The position numbers and the translations under genes are program-made. A stretch of 64,000 nt of DNA, from positions 13,144,001-13,208,000 of the forward strand of contig NC_135251.1 in assembly GCF_964204865.1 (NCBI RefSeq), given 5' to 3'. The DNA comes from Styela clava (lineage: Eukaryota). Below, in pieces: positions 13,107 through 26,200 of this stretch. Positions within the stretch are counted from its first letter, which is position 1. Each line of letters starts with the position of its first letter. The notes under the pieces were generated by a model that was given only the letters and a program-made list of their open reading frames with translations, was not told the DNA's origin and searched no databases.

Positions 13107-13724
13107 TAGGCTTACCAATACGTCCCGCTTTAGGCGGGACAGTCCCGCTTTTTAGCGTCTTGTCCCGCCGTCCCGACAAGTCAGCCAAAAGTCCCGATTT
13201 TGCGTTTAGCCATCCAGCATAATACACGAACATGTTCTCGTTACTGTTGTTGCTGTGTAGCGCAACGCTAGCGAACTTACTGAATATGAATGCGTTATTT
13301 TGGTTGTTTCCCGCTAACATTATTAGCGAACGTATCACATTTAAAATCAATTCTAATTGGTCCTGTTCGAACGTTCGCGTAAATGTAACATTGAACAACG
13401 TTTTTTTAAAGGTGTTATCTACAGAAAAGCATGCTTGGGCGAATAAGTAAATCCCAATGCTTGAAAACGGCAGACTATTTCATTATTCTATACTTCTTTT
13501 GATGTACATAAAAAAATTTAATTCAGATCATTTGTATCGTTAGCGTCTATTTCTTTCTATTTTTTGAACCGAACTCGATATTCAGACAGAGAATATGCGC
13601 ATGAACTCTCGATCACAATAAAGACAGTCGGGATTGCTTAAATGTAGGCCTATGTAGTAAAATCGGAAACTGTAAAGTTACTGGAGGCGTCCCGCTTTGA
13701 AATAAAAAAAATATGGTATCCCAA
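13107..13724. mobile_element. hAT (Blackjack-type) non-autonomous element
   Basis: taggcttacca...tggtatcccaa termini, subterminal GTCCCG repeats, 8-bp TSD tgcaatga/tgcaaaga. Confidence 0.7.
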
Positions 13725-15054
13725 TGCAAAGATAATGTGGGGAGTGGAATGTAATTTATTTGCGACGATAGTCATACTCATGAAGCCATGAAAGCTTTAA
13801 GAAAATCCAAGCCACGAAAAACTACACTGATTGCTAGATTGACATTGCGGAAAAAAGTGTTTTAAAATATACAAACAAACGCAAAACCATGGCGGCAAAT
13901 TCAGTGTGCGGACACTCATAAAAGCAATTATCAGGAAAAACACTAACCACACGTGAGCAGGTCTTTAGCCTAATTGATACATAGATGTGGCCAACATTGT
14001 TAAAACAGTACCGGTATACACACAGAGAGAACAAATCAAAAATATGCCATTAAATGAATGTTTAAAAATGTTGCGCATTGATATGGGCATAAGTCATTCT
14101 ACAAACTATTTACACATATATAGTTGAACACTCATTTAGTATTCAAGCGGAATTTCTAGAAATAGCAGTATCTGCTGACAGTCCGAATTCAATATCATAC
14201 TTTTTGTCACAAAATGAAATATCTGAATCAATCCCTGATGTATTCAGCTTTCGATTCTGTCAAGATGTTTGTATGTTGCCTTTATGCTGCCATGTAATTT
14301 CATATTTCTGTCTTTAATTGTTGATATTCCTTCAGTGCTGGATCATTGTTGTCAATCTAATCTTTCTGTGCCGTTCAAAACTGCGACCGCACCCGACGAC
14401 TGCCAAACGCAAAATTTAAGTCCAATCTTTTATCAATAAACTTTTTCAATTCCAGTGGATGGGCCTTGATCATGTTGATATCACGCGATACAAATCCAAC
14501 AGTAAATATCAAAACACACAGCGCGTAGCATTCTCAGTCCAACAGCATTGATTGATCTTTCATCTCACAGAGCAACAAAAACATGTCCGACTCAGACGGC
14601 AGTCTGGCAAGTACTATATTTTGAAGCTCACGGAAAAGGATTTCCGTTTGAGTTTATTTGCGTATTTGGAAGGGTTTTGTTGGTTGAAATAACTGGAATG
14701 ATATACTGAGGCGTTAGGAAAAAGTAGGTCGTGGCATCTGCCAATCATCTCTGCGTCGGTACCATAAGTTATCAAAGTGAAGTAGGGACAGAGTATTTCT
14801 GCTGTTCTGTAATTGCATTTAATGCATGGTAATTAAAGGTTTATACCAGAATTATACTTGTGTTTTCTCGCGAAGAGCCCGCAAATGCGTTTGCGGCAGA
14901 TATCAAACACCGTACTCCAAGCTTGAATATTCAGTACGCGAAGATGGAGTTATTGCACTATTTTATTTATTATCATTGGTGCCGACTGCCATCTTACAGG
15001 CGATTTTTGGATTGCAACAATCTCAATTTTTTGGAATAGTGAAACATTCTTTAT

Positions 15055-15735
15055 TGGACACGTTTAGTGGCCATAACGATCGTTTCAAAATTTTGTTGTT
15101 ATTGTTATTGGACACGTTTAGTGGCCATAACGATCGTTTCAATATTATGTTGTTGTTGTTGTTGTTCTTGTTCTTGTTCTTTGACACGTTTTTAAAAAGT
15201 CGCTTTTCTCTTCGAATACTGGACCAATTGCTTTGAAATTTTCAGTGGTTAAAGATTAATTTTTTCGCTAGAAGGCTATTACTTTTATTTATTTCAAAAT
15301 TTTGCGTGAATTCTATGAAATTTGATATTTCGTCTAAAATTTTGCTGTATTATTTTTTATCCATGGGAACACGGATTTTAGTCAGTGTCATGACTGGCTG
15401 TACGTTTTGATTCTGCAAAATTCTTGCTACTGGAAATTCAGAACTTTTTTGAGGGTACCGGTAGCGTCAAAGGTACCGGTAAGGACTGATTCGCTCTGGT
15501 CTAACGTGTCCATATATTTGTGCGTAGCTCTCTTGTTGTTATTTGTCTCCGTCTCCATTTTAAAAAAAATCGCTTTTCTCTTCGAATACTGGACCAATTG
15601 CTTTGATATTTTCAGTGGTTAAAGATAAAATTTTTCTCCAGAAGGCTATTACTTTTTTTTTCGCTATGACGTCATCAAAATTATTGCCACTGGGTGTCGC
15701 TACGTGTCCATATATTTGAGCATAGCTCTCTTGTT
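15055..15735. repeat. HINE/Helentron-like repeat cluster, inverted relative to 7250-8700
   Basis: Reverse complement of the 7250-8700 unit, with (TTG)n and ...ctctcttgtt ends. Confidence 0.7.
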
Positions 15736-17216
15736 TTATATTAAATGACTTTTTGAAATCTCCCGGAAAATAATGAGTACCAACGTTAGATGATTAAATA
15801 CTATTTGCGATTGATTTAAATCAAATTTTACTTTTTACGACACCCGGTTTCCGAAAATACGAAGTTATAACACAAAACAATACGCTTTGTCACATTTTTT
15901 TGCGCTCTCAATAAAATACATATATCTTGAATTTTGAGTTGTTGATGAATCGGTTCCTATCGCCCAAGCGCGACTGACGCCTGGTCGAGTGTCGGGCGAT
16001 TTTTTAGTCAGCAATAAATTTAAAAAGTTGGAATGCTAACTGGAAATCAAAAGTTGGGTTTTGCTCTGAGAAGCATTCGTTTTCTGTTAAAGGCATTCAA
16101 ATCAAATTTAATGGTATCATACCAGTCCGATAAACTACATCCTCTTTAGAGATCGGCCACAGCCAGTTAGCTGAGGACTACACACGCCACAATATCGCGT
16201 TGAGAGAATACCATGACGCATCACTCGAGCGTAACGAGACAACTGTGTAACATAAATTAACAAAGACGAAAAAAGCTTGAGCGAACTATAATAAGTTAAC
16301 TATGGTTACATACACGGAAAACACAATAATTCAACCACTAGATGTCGGACAAGAAATCAAAACAAACAAACGGCGTTTTCCTGTGAAAGTCTGCTGGAAG
16401 TTATAGCAAAATTATCTTTTTTGAATTGACATGTGAGGTATGGGAAAATGGATCATAATTGGCTAAGAATAAATATTAGATATACTGGCAAGGATCGTCG
16501 GGTGTAAACAATTCATGTTAACACAAAGGTAAACCGGCAGAACTTTACAGTGTTTCGAAATAAGTTCAGAATGTTTGAACAAATCCCATCTGCCCTGCCC
16601 ATGGAACACAGCCCAATCATGTCCACTTTATATAAACAGTTTCAAATTGGAATCCACCGTGTCTGCCGTGTGTTTATGTTACCAAAGTTGGACGCCCGAA
16701 CGACACACGTTCGTCTGTTCGTGTTTATAAATTTGTTAAAATATTTGTTTGTGTGTGTCATATGACTGTATGGGTACCGGTCTGCCGGTACCGGTACCGG
16801 TAAACTTGCACATGTGTTCCTGCATGTTTTAAACCTCATTACTGTATCAGAGGTTTTGCCGTTTTTTCCTATCTGGTATGTTTTCATTATTTTTTTTGTT
16901 TCGTGGAAATCAAAATAAACTTATAGGCCTACTACTGTACTAAGTTCAGAAATACTGAAATAAGGGTAAACAAAAATGTACAATGGAATTAAAATTTTGA
17001 ACTGTGTTTTTACATTATACAGTTATAGTCTATCTTTGTCAGGTGTCATTTATGCAGTTATTCAGAAATTATTGTATTGAAATTTGCTTTCAACTTTATT
17101 ATGATAGTCAAAATTCCGATTGAAATTTTTCCAGGTTCCTTGAATCTATAAACCAGTCAACCTGGCTACAATTAAAGTTTCTCATTTACCTGCAGTGCTG
17201 GATATATCCTATTCTC

Positions 17217-20200
17217 ATGTCGTTATCTAACAATCCCAATTTATACCAATGGAAGAAATTCAAAAAACAGACATTGCCAAAACCAAGCAAGACCAAGAAA
17301 GATGATATTCAATGTTGGCTTGAAAAAGTTGAAGCAGCAACTGATGTGGCAATAAAAAAAACATTCTCAGAATATAAACCTTCTGCTGTGTCTCAAACAA
17401 GGTCCGTACATTATTTTGGTACTCCCATAGCTGCATAGTGTATGTACCAGGTTAGGTTTAGGCCATAATTTTATTCCGATTTTCAGTGTTTTAGGTCGAT
17501 TACGATTATGGAGACTGTCTGTCTGTGTTAGCAAAGTACCCCCTGTCCCTTCACACAACTTGATGTAGTAAAGTAGGTGAAGAAAATTTGTTACCTCCAT
17601 ATTGGTACACACACCTCTGTGTGGCCATTATTCTGCATAATTGCAGAATTTAATAATACTTAATTTCAAAAAATATTTATCAGGCTATTAATGTTTTTAG
17701 ACTGGATTATCGCTGCTGAGATTTTTGCATAATAGGTCTGTAGAGGTACCAACTATGTTCCAAAATTATACAGCACCCAGTAATGAAATCCAATGATTTC
17801 AAATCCAAATGTACCCTTAAGTCTCTTTACAGTTTTACTTAATTATCCAGTGGATATGGCACATAATTTCTATCTATCTCTACAGTAAGAAAAAATAAAA
17901 GACGGCAAATTTAAATGATGACTCTTGAGTCCTTTGTGGCTAATAAGGGTCTGGTGCCAGGATATATAAATACTGGAATATCTAACCGGTTTAATCTTGA
18001 ATTTACGTGGATAATGTGCATTATAGATGCTGTTAGTAAATGTCCAGGGATTATGCTTTCCAGTGGCAGTATTGGCGCCAGCAATTTTTTTCGCCTTGAC
18101 ATGTCATGCACAAAATTATATTTTCACATGCAAGTTTGCTGTATGCTCTTCAATTTTATTTTACTGAATATAATCAAATAATTTTATTTCAAGATATTCT
18201 ACTCATCATGGAGATGATTTATCACAAGTAATGGATAAATTGCATGATTATGAAGATAGCCACGCTGAAGCTCAAGAACTTGTATCAGATTGGATGAATG
18301 AAAAAATTAGATTTGATTATTTAGACAATGACGAAGAAAATCTGCTTACAAATTCAAATGTGGAATTTGGGTAATATTCGCTTTTTTACTTGTTAAATAG
18401 AAGTTAAAAAGTTCTTTAAATGGAAATTTTATAAATATGTGTTTTTCAAATGTGAATGTAGAGTCTACTGCTCTACTACCCAGCAGTTTTCAGATGACAA
18501 AATGCATTTCTAGTTTTGCAATCAAATTATTATAGTAATGAAGTGTACCGTACATCCCAATTTAATTATAAATTATTATATCAAATTTCATTGTTTCATA
18601 TGGGGTTTATCACTAGATGTGACTCTTAAATCAATTCGGATACTGAATTGCAAACACTGTTAGGGAATCTGAGTGATTAACTTGACTTGAATTGCCATTA
18701 ATTGAAAACTGGAAGTGACTAGAGTCATTTAAATGGAATGACTTGGACTGATCGACTAAACGCTAGTGAGACTAAACTCAACGATTGGCTCGACTTGTCA
18801 CTTAGACCTATACCAAAACTTGGATTACCCTCAACTTATCTCGCTAATCAGGGTTAAGGGACTGACCAGGAAACTAAAAATCAATTGGTCATAAAAACTT
18901 TAAAAGACTAATGTTTGCTAGTTTACATGTAATAAAAATAAGATTACAACATAACGTTTGTGTGCTTGGTGGTGGCGTACCTCATATGATTGTTGCATGA
19001 CACACTTTACATATTTTATGAGAAAAGTTTTTTCAAATCAAGATCATATTAAAATAAATGATCATTATTACAGGCAACAGCCAGTACGTGGGATTGAAAC
19101 TGCAACTTCAGAAAAGTGGTATCAAGATAGCGAAGCTTTCATTCAAAGTTATTTAGAAAAAGACAATCCAAAATCAAGTTTCTCTAGAAGTAAACACGAA
19201 AGACCTGTACAGAAAAATGATGTCTTAGGTCAACTGGATATTTATGAGGCCGATGAAAACACAGTAGTGAAGGCATTATTAAAAAATATGATGGAAAAGC
19301 CACTCATTAAACCCAATGAGATGAAAGTCCTAAAGAAAAAGAGCATTTTATCAGAGAAAAAACACACTAAATTTCATGATCCAACGACAACTATGGACAT
19401 GCGGCATAAGGAGGTATGAACCCAACTTTAATTAAAATCCTTTAAAAGACTATAACTGGGCTCTAGTTAAAGGGTAATTAAGTATATTTATTTTTCATAT
19501 TACATATTTATATGACTTTTGGTCTGAACCTGGCTCTGCACAAGCAACCATTGCTGGGTAAGGTGCTACTTAATTTCGAAATGGTAAAATCTTTCCATTT
19601 CAGTTTTGCCTATTACACTCTGGGTGAGGCAGTGCACATGGGGTTTGAACCCAAGATTTTAGCCTCAGATGCCAGTTAAGTTCGATGCTTTACCCACTAG
19701 GCCACTGGCTATCATCCTGGGTAATTTTTATTTTTTATTTTCCAATAACTTGCTATATTTATAGGTGAAAGAAGCAAGACTCCGAAAGCAAAAGCAGGAG
19801 GAAAAGAAGAGACAGGAGAGGATGATTCAAAAAGAAGCAAAATTTAAAGCTCAACAAATTCTGAAAGAAGAAGAAATGCAAAAAGCAAGCATTTACTTGA
19901 TATATATCTTTAGATTATTACCATCTGCATTATGGAATTTTGGATATACAGTACTTGTTTCTAATCCATTCTAGATACTTTTCTACAATCTACAGTATTG
20001 GGGAAGCGTGAGTCATTGACTCGGCTTGAGTAGGACTTAGTCACCATTTAACATTTACTGAAGACTCAAATTGATTCTGACTTGTTATCAACAAACAATC
20101 AGGAAGACTAACTAGGGGATTGACTTGGCCCGTGACTAGGATGACCCGCGACTTGACTCGCAACTCAGAGATTAGTGACTTCTACTCCTCACCCCTGCTT

Positions 20201-23200
20201 TGAAACTCTGAAATTGTGAGATAATTTTTATCATAGAAATTGCGAAAGAAAAAAGAAGAAGAGGCAATTCAAATAGAAATGGCAAAACTAAGGAAAGAGA
20301 TGATTGAACAAAAAAAGAGAGAGGAAAATCAAAGAAGGGAAAAAGAAAAGAAAATTGAAAAAGGTGAATTTTTTGCATTGAAACTCACAACTAAGTTACA
20401 TCGGAGGTTAAATTAATTACATTTAAACTTCTAGGATACGAATAATGTATTGGGTCTTTTGAGGAAGTGTTTGTAATTGTATTTAAAAAGTACCGGTAGT
20501 AACTATTTAGATATCAGTGCCAGCTTTTTTAAAGACTTTGTGAGGGAAGCTTGAATTACATCTTAGAAAATATTTTCGAAATCTTACATTTTGTTATTAT
20601 TAATTAAGTGTGCAGCAAGACTCTTGAATCAAACTTATATTTTGTGTGTGTTTTTTTAGGATTGGCTTTGGAAAATGAATCAAAAATGACTAGAAGACAG
20701 GAGATTGAACGCATAGAAAGAGAGAAACAAAAAGAAATAATATTAAGTGAGATTTCCAGAATTGAAGACAAAGAAAGAAGAGTCGCTGAAAGGATGAAAA
20801 AAAGAAACACAGAAAATCGGATATTGTTACATAAATGCTTCAGCACTTGGTGTAAAATTGTTCTCAATCAAAGAGTCAAACTTGGTAAGCAGTCTCACAA
20901 TAGAAACTAGTAGGCTATTTATTTTTATTTAGCTGTATGCCATTGGGAAATTTTGATGAGAAAATTTTGAAAAGCTGCTGTAAAATATACTGCTGACAAA
21001 CATGGACAAATAATTCAGAATTTTTATGATAATATGACTATTAAATCCCATATCTGGTTTTAAAGTAGAAGAATTCTAAATAAAACTTATTTTTTAAGTT
21101 TATTCTCAACTATAATATCCATACAATTTTGTTCAGATAATTTTATAGGTTTAATATGGTTTATAATATAAACATTAATTGATTTGATTTTGGCTTTTTG
21201 TGGTTAGTTCTGTTGACTGTATTCTGTGTATAGCATAATTACCTGGAAAATACATAAATTTTGAACCTTTGAATTTGAAATAACTTAACCAAAATTATTT
21301 TGGAAACTAAGCTAATCAATTTATCCCCAGTCAAAGTATGCTAATTTGACATGGAATTACTGGTAATTTCATTCTGAATGTCTTTGTCTCTTTGTCTTTG
21401 TGAATAACGACTAGCTAATTGAAAGATTGCAAATGTGTATTTTACAGGAAAAGCTAAAGCAATGTCAGATTGGAAGTGCATGCAAAACGTGTGGAATGCC
21501 TGGAAATCTTACACAAGAAATCGAAGATTGGAAATTGAAACAAAGCATCATCAGGTTTATTTGTGGCATATGCCACATAATTTGCTACAATTTATTCTCA
21601 TTCATCAAGTATTCATACCTTATTAATAGTAAGGCATCTCCTAGGATTAGTTGTTGCTGACGATGTTAATTCATATTTCTATTTGTACTTAAATCACATA
21701 TTGTCTGACGAGAATTCTCAGTCAACTTAGTGCTCACTAAATTATAACTTTGTTTATACCTATTGAATGTCTGGAAGTTCATCTACAGGGAGTTTGAAAA
21801 TACGGCTTGAACTCCAATATATTAAACACAGGCTAAGACTCCATGGCCTTGGTTACCAAATATCCCTCTAAACAACCTTCTTCTGTTGAAATGACCTGCT
21901 ATCTTGTAAACTTTTATCAACAGATTCATTAATTATTTCAGACAAATATGAGAGAGACAAGATTGAAGGAGAAGAAAGCAGTTAATTGTGAAAAGTATCG
22001 TTTGATGAGGAAATCATTCTTCACTTGGAAAGTAAATAAAAAATCTTTTTTTCTGGACATGGAATTTAGAGCATTTTAACACACATCTCTGGTAAATGTC
22101 TGCAGTGGCTTTATGATTCAAAATCGAACTCAAGCCTAGGAATCTTTCAGACATTTTTACAGCAAGTTCACACCCACTAACTCAGAAGTAAAGGAGACTC
22201 ATTCCTAGGCAAACTTACTGACACTTTAGTGAATGTTGACTAGCATGAGACTTTAAACAGATGGGAACAATTTGTTCAAGTCATACAAAGGAAAAAAATA
22301 CATTTTTTTTGTTGCATAATTTGTTTAAATTTTTGTCAGGTTTGGGTAAAAACTGAGCAAGAAAGAAAAGAAATTTTGAAGCAGCAAAACACTACTAAAG
22401 CAAAGATGCAAGCTTTGTTGGACGCGTTTACATCCGGAAATATTGGGAATAAAATAGAAGGTAGATAGATGATATTAAAACTCCACGACTAACTTTTCTA
22501 TGTAAACGTTATTTAAGTTGAATTTGGAATGTTGAATAATTCTAAATTAGATCATACCGTTGTTAAACAAGACAGGTTTGTATAATGATTGCATATAAAT
22601 GTGCGAAGCTATTTGATTTTTTTCTACTTTTTAGTCGAATTAAGCTAAATTTGACTCTTACAAAAATAGCTCAAAATATCAGAAATCTTGTCTATGTAAA
22701 AAAATAATTGATTCATATTGAAAATTGAAATGTGTTTGTTCCTGAAATTATGAGTTATATCTCAGTTTAAAGTGCAATTTTAAATGTTCAGATTTCTTAT
22801 GAAAGTGGACAAAATTTATTTTATTTTCATGTAGAACCGATGATTATTCAGTCCGTTGAATCAATTAGTGAAGTTGAGTCAGAACTTCCACATTTTCAAC
22901 CGAAAAAACCTCCAATAATTTCGAACCCAGGTATGATTCTATGTATCTTTTATGTTCTATATAAATTGAAAGCTTATGGGCCAGAGCTTGGTAGTTTGTT
23001 CGTAGCTGAGGGGTTGAGTTAAAAAAATGTGTGATTTGAGGTATAAACATCTCAGGGCTCTTCTGAGAGTACAAACTAGGGCGTATGTGTACCAATATGG
23101 AGGTAACTAATTTTGTTTGCCTACTTTACATCAAGTTGTATAAAGGGACGGAAGCCTATGGGCAGGGGATTTATTCACTTGGCCAACACAGACCGTCCCC

Positions 23201-26200
23201 GAACCCTAACCTGGTACACATACTAAGGGAGTACCCGAACTAGCCCTTCAACCTTGCATAAATCATATGTGGGTATAGCATTCTCTAGGTCTAGGAGAAA
23301 TTGTACTAAATCCCCTCCCCCCCAAAAATTTTCAAAGTATTTATTTAGAATTCAAGTGTGATACAAATAATCTTACAAATGTTCAGGTCATGGAGCGAAT
23401 AATTTAAATCATACTACGAAACCGAAACATGCATGGCAAGTTACGAAGAAGGATGTACACAGATTGAAACCTGCAGAAATGAGACATTTATCTGATAAAA
23501 GACACAATACACCGCAAGCAACTACTCAGGAACCAAGAGTAAAAGTTCATGTTCAATCAATTGATCCTTATATACACAGACACAAGTTTCAGAAAGAGGT
23601 GAAAATGGATTTTTGAAAGAGAAATAGAACTTTGGCCTACAATAGGAAATTTATGTTACTGCATTCGAAGATTTCCCTTGAAAACAAAACACGAAAAAGG
23701 GCGAAAAGTAGCCATAATTTGAAATTGATTGAAAATTATTCAAATACTTTGATATTCGAATATTTGATTCGTTTTGGACAACCCTGTTAATATGTAACAG
23801 GATTTTAAAGTTGGTGATCTGGGTAGCTTTTCTTGATGAAATTCCCAAAAAAAAGGATTTTATACTGTGAATGTTCAGACTAGAAAAATAGTACTAATAA
23901 TAACAATACTAATAATAGTACAATAACTACTAACATGATTTCGTTCAAATTGTTAAAATGATACCAAATTATCTGTTTTGTCACAAAGTTATGAAAAGTT
24001 GTAAAACTTGTAATATTGCCCGAATTAAAGTAAAATTTATTTGAAAAAGTATTAGGTTCTAATTCTATTTTTCAAATGAAGTTTTGTGCATTATTGTCAA
24101 TCAAAGTACGTGTAGATAGATACAGGATAAGATGAAGATAAACTTATTTTTAACTTTGCCACTGTACAAAATATCACGATACCTAAGGCAAGTACAAAAA
24201 ATCATAATACACAAGAACAAGACAAACACACAGGATAGGAATTCTGGAACATTCCAAAACTTTAAATGATGCTTTTATAATGTGGGACATACAAGTGCTA
24301 CATAGCAATCTCACTTTGTGGAATAAAAGATAAGTTGAAATGATGAAATAATAATATTCAGGCTTGAACACAAATTTCAGGTTGGTCAAATCCTTGACGA
24401 CTTGAATCAATGTTGCTATGTGTATTTAACAATTTTCTCCAATATTCCAGGTTATTGACCAACAACGAGTCATATTGCACGAGCAGAAGAGAATGATAGA
24501 AGAAATGCAAGAGCAGCAAAAAATACTTGCTTTACAGAAAGAAGTTGCGGTATTACAGCAACAACATAAACAACTTGAAAATAATAAAATTTCATCGCTA
24601 GGGGATGAGCAGAGCATAACAAGGGTTCAACCTCAGGAAGGGTATATATTACTTATATATTCGAGTGTTGTAAATTGGGGAAATCTTATGAAAATTAAAA
24701 GATTTCAAATTTTAATCTTATGTTGTAAGATTTAAAGACACAGTAGTTTTCGATACATCAAACCTTTATAATTTGTTAGACAAGTAATATTTTGTAAAAG
24801 TGTAACGTTGAATGGTTTCATAAATTCAATTAGGTTCTTATTCAAGGATTGCATTATAAATGAAACATAAATGTATGAACAATTTTTTACCGGTTATTTT
24901 CTTCAATATTTTTACATGTACATATTCTATTCTCAAATTTTTGACTGTTTTTAAAATTTATCGTTTAAAATCTTTGGTCTAGTTTTAAGTCCATATTGGT
25001 TATGGGAATAGTTACCAAGTTTTTGTTCTCTGTTACGTTCAGATGCTAGAACTTAATGATACAGGAAGCCATCTCAGATCAGCAGTCATATGAACCACCC
25101 TGTGACAGCAAATCTATCAATTTTATCCCCCCAAAATATCTGAACTTGCAAATCGTACTCCCATAGTATGTGTACGAGGTTAGGGTTAGGCTATAATTTT
25201 ATTAAAATTTTACTTATTTAAGTTCTATTAAGAGTTCTGGAACTGTCTGTGTTAGCCAAGTGAATATCCCCCTATCCATAGGTTTCAGTCCCTCTATACA
25301 ACTTGATGGAAAATAGGCGAACAAAATTAGTTACCTCCATATTGGTACACACACTTCTGGAGCGCCTGCAAACCTATCTATCATTTCTTTTCAGTTATTC
25401 TTGTTTAATATTTAAATTTTTATAGAAATTCAACTGAAGTGCCACAGCCACTCAGTGCGAGATCATACAGTTCTGGGAACTCAGTTGCAAAGAAACATCC
25501 GATTGTTTCGAAAATGGAAGAGAGAGCAGCTGAGAGATTGAAAAGAAGAAAGGAGTTAGAGGAAATAAAGAGAAAGAGAGAAGAGGAAAAAATAAAAAAG
25601 ATGCAAGAGGAAGAAGAGCAGAAAGAAAGAGAAGAGCAAGAAAAGAAAATGAGACAAATAGAAGAGAGAAGGGAAGCGAAACGAATGCAAAAGAAGGTGA
25701 ATTTCACAATATTTTTTTTTTCCACTTTGACTACTTAGATATTTGTATGGAGTTGTACTACTGTACGACATATAAGGTTGTTCATATAATTCTAAACAAA
25801 ATCATATTTATTCAAAGAAGATTTCAGAACCTGAAGATTTTAAATTTAAAAATTTGATTATGGTAATTCAAATTTTGTCTTTTATGCCTTGTGGAAAAAA
25901 TCATATCAAGTTTGGTATATATCATTGATGTAAATAAATCTAAAATAAGGTATTTTCATAATTATACTAGATCTGTAATGGAACTAGACGACGTGGGTAA
26001 TAAGGTATTTAATACACAAGTATTGAAAGTCTTTGGAATAGGATCGTAAATGCTTGAGCATCATTGCTCAGTAATTTGAGCTAAATGTATTTCAGTTTTC
26101 ATGACTATAATACAAAGGTAAATGTGAAAATTTCATTGATTTTAATTTCAGTTGGAAGAAGAGAAGAAAGCAGCACAAGAACGTATGAGACAATTATGTA

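Noticed and set aside
14826-15622. ORFs sharing ...FFDTFLKSRFSLRILDQLL with 8525..8716 and 27414..27644
   Set aside because: Translations of the HINE-like repeat and its (TTG)n microsatellite
19630-19713. Possible tRNA gene (A and B boxes on the minus strand)
   Set aside because: No acceptor stem or cloverleaf; continues into a repeat body also seen near 49900; treated as a SINE head
25168-25190. TTAGGG units as an interstitial telomere or chromosome fusion site
   Set aside because: Only 1-2 units, always inside dispersed repeat copies
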